Position numbers and translations under genes: made by a program
Shown here: in pieces, positions 49,855 through 62,776 of the stretch
Layout of the letters: each line of letters opens with the position of its first letter
Position numbering within the stretch: the first letter of the stretch is position 1
Notes under the pieces: generated by a model
What the model saw: the letters and a program-made list of their open reading frames with translations, nothing else
The model's database searches: none
Told to the model about the DNA's origin: nothing
Assembly: GCA_964016885.1 (NCBI GenBank)
Contig: OZ024757.1
Span: forward strand, 24,552,001-24,616,000
Direction of reading: 5' to 3'
Source of the DNA: Eledone cirrhosa
Lineage: Eukaryota
Length of the DNA stretch: 64,000 nucleotides

Positions 49855-50595
49855 TATAGCTACGTCTCTTTACATTCTGAGTTCAAATCTCGTCGAGGTT
49901 AGCTTAGCCTTTCATCCTTATGGGGTCGATAAAATAAAGTACCAGTAACACACTGGAGCTGATTTAATCGACTTTTCTCTCCACCAAAATTGTTGGCCTT
50001 GTGTCTGAATCAGAAACCATTATTTTATAGAGTGGATTGGCAGTATAGGTAGAGCATCGGACATCATGCTTCGCGGCACTGAGTTATGACCCTTTACGAT
50101 CTAAGTTAAAATGCCGCCTATTTTCTTTGCCTTTCATCGTTACGGGGTCGATAAAATAAAGTACCAGTAATGCACTGGTTCGATTTAATTGCCTTTCCCC
50201 TCCCTTACGAATTGCTGGCTTTGTGCCTCAATCAGAAATTCCAACATAGTTACGTCCCTTTACGGTCTGAGTTAAAATCCCGTCGAGGTTAACTTTGCCT
50301 TTCATCCTTACCGGGTCGATAAAATAAAGTACCAGTAATGTACTAGTCTTGTGCCAAAAGTAGAAACAATTATTTTACGGAATAATACGAAATTCTACGG
50401 AAAGGTCGGTGAATTGGCAGTATCGGTAGAGGGTCGGACACCATGCTTTGACGCATAGAGTTACGGCCCTTGTCATTCTGAGTTCAAATCCCGCTGAGGT
50501 TAACTTTGCTTTTCATCCTTATGGGGTCGATAAAATAAAGTACCAGTAATGTACTGGTTAATTGCTGGCCTTGTGCCAAAAGTAGAAATAATTAT
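49855..50595 (+). mobile_element. Cluster of about four same-orientation Meta-like SINE copies
   Basis: The gcctttcatccttac/tggggtcgataaaataaagtaccag core recurs near 49907, 50130, 50297 and 50508. Confidence 0.72.
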
Positions 50596-51036
50596 TTTAC
50601 GGAATGACCTGCCCGGAGCCTGGCTGAAAATTTCATCGAGGCTTTGTTGTAGCAAGAAAAAATATGTATAAATCAATCTGAGGCCCCTTTATATATTGCT
50701 GGACACTTATCTACAGTCCAGTCACACCTATACACCAAATCTAGCTAAGACGTGTTGATGTGTAGGAGGATTTGTGTGAAAACCATAGTTATCTGCCCCT
50801 TGACAACAATTTAGGCGTCTTGCGTTGCTATGTTTACGTCGCATAACAGTAACAGGTGCCTTAGGTGAGAAAAACACCGCATTTTATCACGGACTGATGT
50901 TCTATTACTGTTATTGTTCCATTTTAGATGTAGGTAAGTATATTGATCTATATAAATATATTTATTTATTTATCATTTTAAAAGGTAGAGTTAAAAACTC
51001 ACAATAATCCCCTTTATTAATGAATATATATTATAT

Positions 51037-51903
51037 ACTAGCAGTGGTACCCGGCGTTGCACGGGATAAGGTATTTTGTAATGCGGCACGCCAAAAGACC
51101 TAATCGTGGAAAAACTGCATGCCAGGACAATATGTAAAGAAAATAAACCGAATACTCTGACGGCTGGATAATCTTTAAGATTTTCCTCGATGAAGAAGGA
51201 AAAATGCAGGTTTTCACCTAATCAAGAAAATAATTTTTTTTATGTGCATAATATGCCTTTAAATTTCGGGAAAATCGGCTAGACGTAACGCCTCCAAAAA
51301 GCCCTAAGAAGCTGAAAAATGAAGTTTTTCACCTAATGCGGGCCCTAGGCCATAAGAAAGTTGGATTTTCTTTGCTTACGGTATTAAGAAGAGACTGACT
51401 AATACATAGTTACAATTTCAAGGAAATCGGTCTGACGTAACGCCTCAAAAAACCCCTAAAAATGTTTTAAAAAACGCAGTTTTTCACCTAATGCGGACCC
51501 TAGGAGATAAAAAAAAGTTGAAAAAGTAATACACATGTAAAGTTTGAAAAAAATCGGTTGGGTACTTCTCGAGTTTTAGGGATTCAAACTCACACACACA
51601 CCCTCAGGGAAGTTTACGTAATGCAGACAGCCAGACATACAGACATATTATAAGGGCGCGACGTTATAAGTATGTATGTATGTATCTAAAAAGAGAAAGA
51701 CTAAGAATTATAGAGCGAGATCGCTAAATCGCCTAATGCGGTCCCTAGGGCATTGAAAATTTGAAATTCTTTTTGCTCAGAACACTTCCCTGAAATATAA
51801 GTATTACATGTGTAAAGTTTGAAAACAGTCGGTTGGGTGGTTTTCGAGTTTTAGGGATTCGAACTCACACACACACAGACATCCTCAGTTTTATATATAT
51901 AGA
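51037..51903 (+). mobile_element. Non-autonomous Helentron/HINE-like element with internal tandem blocks
   Basis: 5' tactagcagtggtacccggcgttgcacggg and 3' acacacacagacatcctcagttttatatatatagat. Internal repeated ttttcacctaatgcgg..cctagg blocks. Confidence 0.6.
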
Positions 51904-53569
51904 TAGGCGGCGAATTGGCAGAGTCGTTAGAAGGTCAGATATTCGTTCCGGCTCTCAAATCCCACCGAAGTCAACTTTGCCTTTCATCCTTTCGATGTCG
52001 ATGGAAAAAGTACTGGGGTTGATTCTTCCTCTATATCTCTTTCGTATTTCCTCTCTCTTCTCTCTATCTTTCTCTGGAAGAAATCTGCTGTACTCAGACC
52101 TGGAGAGGAATGGATTCTGCCAGGCTTAAAATGCCCTAGAAACGCTGTGTTTCAATATGGCACCCCCACGATTCCATCAGGAGTTACGGGACCATACATA
52201 CATACATTGTGTATATATATATCCAAAAAGTCAGCTCAAAAGTGACACAGAGGAGACTGAGGTTGGCTGGACATGCTCACCGACATCCAGAGTTGACATT
52301 GCACTCAGTGCTCCTTTGGGAGCCCCTACATGGACACACTAGAAGAGGAAGACCAAGGTTAACATATGTTGATGCCCTAAGGACAGACACTGGTCTGTTG
52401 GAGATGCAGGATATGGCAGCGATAATGAGGGACAGAGACCGCTGGAGAGAACTCGTCCATGGATCTCGGGAATTTTACCCGCCTTAGATAGATAGATAGA
52501 TATATATACCCTATATATATATATATATAAAAACAAACCCTATATATATATATATATAGGGTTTAGGATGGTGGTTAGGAAAAAAGGAGTTTCTATCGTC
52601 AGCTGTAAATGTATCCCAAACCGATGTTTCGGTGCTGAATTACAGGACATTGGTGTAGTTCGGGTGCACCCGAGGCCTTTTATTAATCAAAAGGCCAGGT
52701 GGAAAAGGAGAGAGAAAGAGAGAGAAAAAAGGAGAGAGAAAGGAGGAAGAACAGGGGGGGGGGAGATGAGGAGAGAGGAAGAAGGGGGAAAATAGGAAAG
52801 GAATAGAAGAAAAAAAAAAGTGTACAGATCCCATCGTGGGAAGACACAGGTGAAAGAAGCATGCAAAAAAGTAACCGTGGAAAAATAGGGAAAGTAAGTT
52901 GTTGCCAACCTGGTGGTCAGCTACGACTCAGAGCTGCTTACCTGAGGCAGCTCATCGGGTTTTTGTAGCCTCAGTACTCCCACCCCCGTAAATTCTATAT
53001 AGCACTGGCCAAAAATGCAATACCAGCTGAAAATATAGCAGTTGTTTTAGACTAGTTTTTTTTTGTTTTGTTTTTAATATTTAATTTTTTAATATTATTT
53101 TCTATTTATTTTTTTTAAATTTTGTAATTTCAATTTATCAACTTTTTAATTTTTTATAACTTCCCACTCTCAGATTCCTCTAGAATTGTTTTTTCGCCTG
53201 CTTTCTAGCTAGCCTAATTCATCCACACTCCTTAGAATTTGCTGTATAGAATTCACTTTCAACGCTTGACCGGCTCCACCCACTCCCTCATTGTTCTACA
53301 GGCAAGTTCAGCCAACCCCACCACCCACTCACCGCTATGAAAGATTTGATTGTGTTTACAAGAAATTTTGAGCAATCCTTTTGACAACTACAATCTTCAC
53401 AAATGCATGATTATTGCACGCCCATATATGGAATTACCTCTTGAAAAGTCCGGCTATTTATTACCACGCTAAAAATCTAATTTCATCCAGAAATAGCCAG
53501 CCATCGAAACGACTTGAGCTCTGCCGTCGGGGTCTTGAACATTTTCTTATATATATATATATATATATA

Positions 53570-53909
53570 TATCATTTCATCATCATCATTTCATTTTACG
53601 TCCGCTTTTGCAAGGGTGGGACGGGAACTGATTCTGGCTTGATTTCTACAGCTGGATGCCCTTCCTAACACTAACCTCATTTACAGTGAGTGCTGGGTGC
53701 TTTTTGCCGTGGCACCTCCACGACCACTTTGCAGTGGAATGATAGGGACCACAGTCCCTATCATCTCATTTCTACAGCTGAGTAAACTGGAGCAATGTGA
53801 AATAAAGTGTCTTGCTCAAGGAAACAACACATCACCCGGTCTGAGAATTGAACTCACAACCTTTCGATTGCAAGTCCAATGCTCTAACCACTAAGCCATG
53901 TGCCTCCAT
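53570..53909 (-). mobile_element. CORE-like tRNA SINE
   Basis: Same family as 10317-10663. Confidence 0.72.
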
Positions 53910-53959
53910 ATATGTATATATATATATATATATACACACGCACACACAAGAGTGTTGTT

Positions 53960-54042
53960 TATCTTAGTTGTTACGTAGTAACTTCCTGGTGATAAACAAA
54001 TCCTCGCGATCCAAAGCACTACATGTCAGTAGTTTATTCCAG
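53960..54042 (+). promoter_or_regulatory. Candidate promoter / 5'UTR exon of the VWA3B-like gene with an RFX X-box-like palindrome
   Basis: GTTACGTAGTAAC at 53970-53982, adjacent ETS-like ACTTCCTG and a possible donor ccag|gtagat at 54042. A matching acceptor tttcag at 55629 lies upstream of the ATG. Confidence 0.35.
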
Positions 54043-54548
54043 GTAGATGATAACGAGTGACGGAGTATTCATTTATAAAATAATTGTTTCTACTTTTGGC
54101 ACAAGCCCAGCAATTATCCCAGTACATTACTGGTACTTTATTTTATCGACCCCGTAAGGATGAAAGGCAAAGTTGACCTCAGTGGGACTTAAACTCAGAC
54201 CATAAAGGGCCGTAACTCTTTGCTGCAAAGCATGGCATCCGACCCTCTACCGATACTGGCAATCCACCAAATGGTAGTTAAGATGGGATTAACTCACCAT
54301 AATTGTTTAATTGTGGTGATTTTAATCGGTGGATTGGCAGTATCGGTAGAGGGTCGGACATCATGCTTTGACGCATAGAGTTACGGCCCTTTCCATTCTG
54401 AGTTCAAATCCCGATGAGGTCAACTTTGCCTTTCATCCGCTAAGGTGAAACAATTGATCTCGGTATGGTGAACTAACTGTTGTGTAACCACTGCTATATA
54501 TATATATATATATATATATCATCATTTTACGTCCGCTCTTCCCTGCTT

Positions 54549-54811
54549 TAATTAACTCATTACCAGAGGTTTCCCGAATAAGACGAATACAAGAAACGTC
54601 CTCATTCGTTCGTCAGACAAGGCAATTTAAAACATGAAATATTTGAAAAATCTCCTCAAGAAAGGCAAAAGTTTAACGGGCATTAAACTTTTGCCTTTCT
54701 TGAGGAGATTTTTCAAATATTTCACTGTTTTAAATTGCCTTGTCTGACGAACGAATGAGGACGTTTCTTGTATTCGTCTTATTCGGCAAACCTCTGGTAA
54801 TGAGGTAATTA
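54549..54811. repeat. Fold-back inverted repeat (about 128-bp arms, 6-nt spacer) with degenerate hammerhead-like cores
   Basis: 54549-54676 is approximately the reverse complement of 54683-54811. A third copy lies at about 39690-39846. Confidence 0.85.
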
Positions 54812-55727
54812 TATTGTATTGTTTATTATACATTAAATTTAGCTCTGTAACTTACATAGAGCACTCTTCACTCCTATGATTTTTTCAATTTTCAATGGAA
54901 ACTTCAATACATATATATATATACACACCGCATATATATATATATAACATTAATATATCAATATAGTTGTGCGGGTGGTATCGATGTCCAGGTGTAAACA
55001 AATAAACAGTATTGTACATGTGTGTGTGTGTATGTGTGTCTGTCTGTGTATCTGCGTGTGTGTGTGTCTGTGTCTGTGTGTGTGTCTGCCTGTCTCTGCG
55101 TGTGTGGCCTGTATGTGTGTGTCTCTGTGTCAGTGTGTCTGTATGTATGTGTCAGTGTGTCAGTATGTAGTTGATGCTATCATTGATTGTCATATGATAT
55201 TGACACACTGTCATTGAACCTGTACATACATGTAGGGACATGTGACATAGCAACTGGATTCAACTGGTTAGAACAGTAGTAGTTGTGGTGGTGGTGGTGG
55301 TAGTGGTAGTAGTAAGAATGTATGTAAAGAATATAAAAAAAGGGAAGGCATTGTTAAGATGTTGACAATATCCTATTTCTTAACCCTTTAGCATTTACAT
55401 TGTTCTATATTTACTGTTGTATTTTCATGGTAAAGGCTTTATCTCACATAATTATCTCATAATATTGAATCTATGAGATTTTGATGTTATTTATCTTGAG
55501 AACAATACTTTAACATCAGTATGAGTGGCTGGTTACAGCCAGTTTAAACAGAAAGAGGTGAGACAATTCTGGCCGGATATGGTCAGTTTAAATGCTAAAG
55601 CGTTAAACTGCTTTTTCTTCTCATTTCAGGTCGACTCTACAAGATGACTTAAATAAAGTTATAGTGGTTTATGGGAAAATTAAAAAATAATAATAAATAG
55701 CAAAAAACAAATCCAATTTTAACCAAA

Positions 55728-56654
55728 ATGTCTGAAAATTATTGTGAAAATATCTTTGGTGAGATTTTAGTGAAAAATGTTGTATTTTGTATTGAGACAT
55801 CAGGGAATATGTTGTCGAATTTGTCGGTCATTCAGAAACATCTGCAGGCTACCTTAGAGAAAATGGCTGCCAATGAAAGGAAGATATATTTCAACATTAT
55901 TGAGTTCAATTCTGAAGTTTTAGCTTGGGCTGATAAATTGATCTGTAGCACACAGGAGACTGTCCACATGGCCATTGATTGGTTAAATGGTCTGACAGCT
56001 AGAACAGGGTGCAATACTTTGCATGCCCTCCGTTCAGCATTTAGACAAGAATGCATTGACGCTGTCTATCTTGTAACAAGCAGCCACCCTGACCAACACC
56101 CTGAGGTCATTTTAGATGAAATTATTTCCTTGAGTAAAGGCTGTCCTATACACTGTATTTATTTTACTGGGAGCATACCGAACGATGTAGTGGAGAATTT
56201 TCTGGAAGATCTTTCATTAGAAACACATGGGACGTTCTATATTTTTCAAGCCTCAAATGAGAAATATAGTTTTTCAGATCCCAAGTTTATATATTCCTCA
56301 AACAACAGAAGACAAAGAGTAATCAGATCTACATTAGGAGACCGATATTCACCAGAAAAAACATGCAGTGTAACAAGTACCCTACAAGTTGACCCTGGTC
56401 TCATTCCGAACCCTGGTTACTCAGTAATGTATCCATTTGGTATAGGAATGGCTGCTGTCACCCCTAAACCTATATATTATCCAGCTAGAGAAGAACTATT
56501 TCCTTACTATTTATCTAAAGCCTGCCTCAGAAATAAACAGTTTGAAGTGTCTCCTTATCTCACACCTGGGGCTGGAGCTATTCTGATTGGAAAGAAAGTC
56601 CTTGCACTAGATTACAACAATGGTTATTTTTATATGGGAGAAGTTCATAGTCAG
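55728..56654 (+). CDS. VWA3B-like protein (VWA domain plus DUF4537/C11orf16-like domain), first coding exon
   Basis: IFGEILVKNVVFCIETSGNM...FNIIEFNSEV..W...AIDWL...NTLHALRSAF...DAVYLVT..HPDQ...PIHCI is a VWA3-type VWA domain. It is followed by LIGKKVLA..NGYFYMGEV. Donor cag|gtaagt. Confidence 0.85.
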
Positions 56655-56951
56655 GTAAGTAACTTCTGCTCTACATATATTTTACATTGATTACTAAAAA
56701 CAAGTGTTTCTTATTCTCCTCCTTCTCCTTACTCCTGAGAAGGTTGTGATGAAGTGAGTCCTTAAGCACTCCTTCCAGCGGGTCCTGTCAGAAGCAACTG
56801 TTTCCAATTGATCCAGCTAGATCCCTAGATGAGACCAGCCAAGCTCATGGATGTTATCCAATTATCTTGCTCATAGTAAAAATGACTAACCACTCAGTTC
56901 CTCCCTCTCTCTCTCACACACACCCTTTCTCTGTCATCTTCTTTCCCTCAG

Positions 56952-57192
56952 ATTCGAGCCAGTGACTTCCTGGTTGCGTTTGGTCAATCACACCATAAAA
57001 GATACAATGAGACCACATACCAGGAGACCAACATCTATAACATCATTGATTATACAGAGTCTTTGAGACATTCCATAGAGATGGGGGACTGTGTGTTGGC
57101 TCCATCTCCCTTACAACCTCAGCAGGGCAACTCCACAAGGTTCTCCTGTGGTCGGGTGTTGGAAGGACAAGAAGCAAGGCAGTCGGAGCTGA
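56952..57192 (+). CDS. VWA3B-like protein, second coding exon (DUF4537-like)
   Basis: ctcag|IRASDFLVAFG...RHSIEMGDCVLAP...RFSCGRVLEGQEARQSEL a|gtaagt, with consistent phases. Confidence 0.85.
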
Positions 57193-57934
57193 GTAAGTAT
57201 ATAAACTTAGTGGTTAGTGTATATGTATGTGTTTGTGTGTGCGGTTATATGCTTGTATATATATTATATATATAAACAAATTAACCTGAAAATAGAGTTT
57301 TGAGACGTGAGTGTATTAGGATTCTCAGGAAAATGGGAAAACTCGGAAGTTTTGGAACTGTTAGAACAACAAAATATCGTCAAAGCAGCGTTGGGTAAAA
57401 TATTACCTTGAAAGACAGAGATCAGCAGCTTGATGTGAGTTGACTCGAAGGAAAGAAGAGAAGATAGGAAGGGGGAAATAGAATGGATGAAAGTGAACAG
57501 GTCACAAACATTAAAATATGGTATTTTTTTCAATGTAATATTTGCTTTATGAGTTCACTCAAATGTCTAAAATAAGGATTTCATACAAATAGAATTGTAT
57601 GTAGCCTTCTGAGTAGTTTACTGTAATAAATCTCATATTTTGAGCTGTAGTAACTTCTTCACCTACCCTTATCTGTTTTCTTTTCGAAAACGATTTCTTG
57701 TAAACTATATATATATATTGATATATACAGTGAAATTCCGTTATAACGAAATTGACTGGGTATAAAAAAATTTTGTTGTAATGAAAAATCCGCTATAATG
57801 AGATCAACCAAAACAAACCAAGCGTTTGTTTGTTATTACCTCGGGGATTGAAAAAAATGTCATAATGGTATTTGTTATAACAGAAACATAGGTTAGTCAT
57901 TAGTGACATCTCAATAAGCAAGAGACAAAATGAG

Positions 57935-60181
57935 ACATACAGGAAGATGTGGAAAAGGAAGGTCTAGAAGCTAAAAGACATTTCACTAAAATATAAATTT
58001 AGGAAAGCCCTTCAAGATGTGTATGACGAAAAAGAAGACGATTTAGAGTCGTATGACATAGATGATAACTGGAATTTCTTACGTGACAACTTACTGTAGG
58101 CTACTGAAGAAACTTGTGGCTGGAGCAGAGCTTCAACCAGACAGAGAGTGACCTGGTGGTGGAACAGCACGGTAGATAGGGCCATTAAAGACAAGACTAG
58201 CATGGAACGCTTGGAAAAATGGTAGGAGTAGTGACCGATACACAGCCGCTAAGAGAGAAGCTAGACGTCAGTTGTACTTAGCACGCAGGGAGGCTGAGAG
58301 TAGGAGGTTTGCCAATGTTCTGCAACGGCAAGATCAGAGACGTATGGTGTTCCGCATTGCAAGGCAGTGTGTCAATGTAAATCAGGATATTGTTGGAGAT
58401 AAGTGTGTCCGAAATGATGCTGGTGTACTTAGTGTCACTAATAATCAGAAAAAGGAGGCCTGGAAATGTCATTATGAGAGACTGATGAATGTGAAGAACA
58501 AATGGGAGAGAGAGAGGGACCAGCTATTTAGATTGACAACTATAGGGTCCAAGAGGTAATTAAGGAAGTGAAAAGTGGTAAGTCCACTGGACCGTCTGGA
58601 TAGTTGCTGAGATGCTGAAGACACGCATCATCAATCAGGCTATATGTGGTGGCTCAAAGACTGGTGCAGCAGTATTCTTATAAATTGCTACAAAGGTAAA
58701 GGGGATGCTCTGAAGAGGAGCAATTATAGGGGTATAAAACTGATGGATCAGGTTATGAAAGTGGCAGAAAGAATACAAGTGCAACTAATTAGAGAAAGGG
58801 TCAAATTAGATGAGATGCAGTTTGGTTTTGTGCCTGGGAAAAGTACAACAGATGCCCTCTTCTTGGTGAGGCAATTACAAGAGAGGTTCTTAGAGAAGAA
58901 TAAGCCGTTATACTTAGCTTTTGTTGTCTTACAAAAGGCCTTTGATAGAGTACTCCGATCTGTCATCTGGTGGTCCCTAAGGAAACTAGGTGTAGACGAA
59001 TGGCTTGTGAGGACAGTGCAAGCTAAATACAGGGGTTCTGTCAGTAAAGTGATAGTAGGAATGGAGTTTAGTGAGGAATTCCAGATACAAGTAGGAGTAC
59101 ATCAGCCTGCTCTTGTTCATTATAGTCCTCCAAACTATAACAGAGGAGTTTAAAACTGGCTGCCTATGGGAACTTCTCTATGCTGACGATCTGGTACTTA
59201 TAGCAGAATCAGTAGAGGAGCTAGAAAATAAATTCTGGCTATGAAAACAGAAGTTGGAATCAAGAGGACTGAGAGTGAACCTAGCTAAGACAAAAGTGTT
59301 GATAAGTAGAAAAGAGGACAAAACTCTGATTCCACCAGGAAAATGGCCATGTTTGATATGTAGAAAAGGAGTTAACATAAATTCTATAAAATGTATGTAC
59401 ACAATGCAGATCTTGGGTACACAAGAGATGTAGTGGGATAGCAGGAAAACTAACAGGTAGGAAAAACTACATATGCAGTAGATGTACAGGGAAACTTGAC
59501 ATTAGAAGTCGCAGTGATAGACACATTTTTCAAATGCAGGTAGGATCTATAGAAGTGGTTGATAGCTTCCAGTACCTAGGTGATCAGATTAGCAAAAGAA
59601 GGGGGGGGGTACTCCAAGGTCATAGTATCTAGAATAAGGACAGGTTGGAAGAAGTTTAGGGAGCTGCTTCTTCTGTTGACAAAAAAAGGTTTCTCCCTGT
59701 GAACAAAAGGCTGGTTATATGATGCCTGTGTGAGATGCGCGATGCTGCATGGTAGTGAGACATGGGCAGCAGCAGCAGAGGATATGCGATGGCTGGAGAG
59801 AAATGAAGCAAGCATGCTCCGTTGGATGTGCAATGTCAATGTGCGAGAATGACCCAGCATGAATGAGTTGAGAGAGAAACTGTGTATAAGAGGGATATGT
59901 TGTAGTGTGCGGGAGAGAAGACTGCGATGGTATGGACATGTGATGTGCATGGAGGATGACCGCTGGATAAAGAAGTGCCATGAAATCCCAGTAGAAGGAA
60001 GATGCCGTTGAGGAAGACCACGAAAAACATGGGCGGAGGTGGTGAGAGCGGACCAGAGATCGCTGAAGCTCACAGTGGAGATGACGAAGGACTGTGACAA
60101 GTGGAGAGATGTTGTGCTGAATAGGACATGTGCCACCCTTGCAAGCAGGGAAAAGCAGACGTAAAATGATGATGATGATGA
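57935..60181 (+). mobile_element. 5'-truncated RTE-clade LINE (about 2.2 kb, degenerate) in an intron of the VWA3B-like gene
   Basis: Remnants KGKGDALKRSNYRGIKL, MQFGFVPGKSTTDALF, LQKAFDRV, LLYADDL, MLHGSETW and RLRWYGHV, plus a (GAT)n tail. Confidence 0.92.
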
Positions 60182-60279
60182 TATATATATATATGAGAGA
60201 AAAAGAGAGGGTATTAGTGTGTTGAGATGTGTAAGACATGATTTGAGGAATTTTCAACAATTTATTTTTTCTCTTCCAG

Positions 60280-61176
60280 AATACAAGGATGTTGATCTTG
60301 TGGTGTCATTTGAAAATGGTACAACATCCAAAATTGGCCGAGATGCTGCTATTTGGATTCCCAGAAATGTTTTTGACCAAATCAAATTAAAAGTTCATCA
60401 ACCTCGTTCCTTAAAGCATGGTGGGCCATATTACAGAAGTCATACTGAAATTCCTGAAACTTATTCCTTAGGAGCGAGGATTGTGACCCCTAGTCTGAAA
60501 CTGGCTGGGTGCCATCCAATGATGTCTCTCCCATATGTTCCAACAGTCCCTCTGATATATAATATGACAGCAGCCCCTCCTCATGGCATCTCTTATTTAA
60601 CCCAGCCTACATGGTACCCAAAATATCAACCCGCTGCACCGAATTATTCAATCAGTGCAGAAGATCTTCATTCAGAGGAAGTTCTCCCCATTAATAAACT
60701 CAGAATCAAAGAAGTTGATGATAAAGTTCCATCTACAATGGATGAACAGTGGAAAGAAATTGCAAAGGCAGGAAAAGAACAACGAAATAATGTGAAACTC
60801 AATCATGGAGAACAGAGAGAAATCTTGGCTGATGTATATCAACCATTAACTTGTGAATCATATGATACAACTAAAGATCACAAAGATAATAGCTTGTATT
60901 GCCGTTACTACTCAGATAACTTACCAGATTTAGGCTTCTACGATGACAATGGACTGGAAGAGTCGTATCAGAAAGATACGACAGATAAAGGAGTGAATAT
61001 AGAAAACTTTAAAATACTTGGTAAATGTAAAACCCCTGATAAACCACTCTGGAAATACTGGGCCAAAGCTCCAACCCATGGCCTGGACACAGGAAAAAGA
61101 AATTTGGGAACTTTTCGTGAGACAGCAATAGATGTTCCATTTGAGCTACGTGACAAAAAGAGAAATCTGTATCAAG
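60280..61176 (+). CDS. VWA3B-like protein, third coding exon; gene probably continues beyond the window
   Basis: ccag|AA YKDVDLVVSFENG...AIWIPRNVFDQIK...KPLWKYW...LYQ g|gtagat, an 897-nt open exon. If the donor is unused, an in-frame stop follows at 61227-61229. Confidence 0.8.
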
Positions 61177-61589
61177 GTAGATTCATATTGATCTATTTAA
61201 TGATTGATTCTTATACTAAGGATGGCTGAGAGATCACTACTCCAATATATACATACATATATACATATACACATATATACATACATACATATATACATAC
61301 ATACATATATACACACATACAGATATACATACACACATACATACATACATACACACATATATACAGATATACATACATATATAAATACATACATATATGG
61401 TGGCTGCCAACGCTTTTTCGAGTACGGCCACTACTTTATATCCATGTAGGAGAACCCCTACCGATGCGCTGAACGAGTGTGACTTTTTAGTCCAGCCAGC
61501 GACTTGAAAACTCTGGTACAAACACTACACTTGTGACAATTATTGACACATAGTGCTGGGCTCATGGTACCATGTGACGACAAGTGCAG

Positions 61590-62465
61590 AGAGATCTCCA
61601 GATATAAAGCAATGCCTGTGCCGTGAAGCTTTTATAGTGAGCAAAGGCACTGCACAAAGCCAGTCCCACTCTCTTAACCAAGATGATATTTACCAAAAAG
61701 AAGAACAAGTCAACATCATTGGATACCATCAGGGTTGCAGGTGTTATATCAGAGTTTTCCTTCTCCTAGAATTCTGCCTTGACAAAGGCTAAGGGGTCAT
61801 CTCTCCCGGTGATTTTGGATGGCCATTGACTCTTAAGAGCTCCTTTGCCCTTTGACAGGTTTTGTTTTTAGTCCCGCAGGATGTCCAAAGTCACCCTTCT
61901 TACCAAGAAACCTTGGTGGGGTTGTCAGTTTAGTCGCCAACGACCCAACCATGAGACAGGTTGTACTGGGATACATGTTACCAGTAGCACCAACTGGTAA
62001 CCTGACATACATATATACACACATACAGATATACATACATACATATATATATACATACATACAGATGTACATACATACAGATATACATACATATATAATA
62101 CTTACACATACATATACACATATATACATACATAGATACATACATACACACATATATACATACATACACACATACAGGCCATTGCATGATATACCATTAT
62201 TAATAATTATTAATTAATTCTATTGTGCAATGCCTGTGCGTGAAGATATTTTTTAAAGTGAGGTAAGACTGTGCACTGAGCCAATCCCACTCTCTGAGCG
62301 ACAGTAGCTATAACCCGAAAAGAAGAAAAGATCAACATCATCGGTAACTACTGAGCCCCAGGTTTTATATCTGAGTTATCTCAGTTTCCTGAGTTGCCTT
62401 CTCCTAGAAGAATACGCTGACAAAGGCTAGGGGTCCTTCACTCCTAGTGGTTTAACCGCGCGATC
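61590..62465 (-). repeat. Dispersed repeat homologous to 22410-22890, possibly LINE 5'UTR-derived
   Basis: Blocks 61820-62005 and 62175-62460 are reverse-complement matches to 22410-22600 and 22629-22890. Confidence 0.65.
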
Positions 62466-62741
62466 AGGTGTCCAGCCCGACTATTTCTATGTCCCCGCGC
62501 ATATACATACACATACACCCATGTATATACACATATACATACAAATGTACATGTCCATATACATATTTACACACTTTTGGATGGACGTTGACTCTTATAT
62601 ATATATAATACACACACACACAAATATATATATATATACACACATATACATACACATATACATACAATCATACACATATATATATATATATATATAATAC
62701 ACACACAAATATATATATATATATATACACATATACATACA

Positions 62742-62776
<35 letters not shown>

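Noticed and set aside
52618-52965. Possible split hammerhead on the minus strand (aaacc-cgatga-gctgc ... gcacc-GAAACATC-ggttt)
   Set aside because: The core is mutated and the halves are more than 300 nt apart, so it cannot be supported as one ribozyme.
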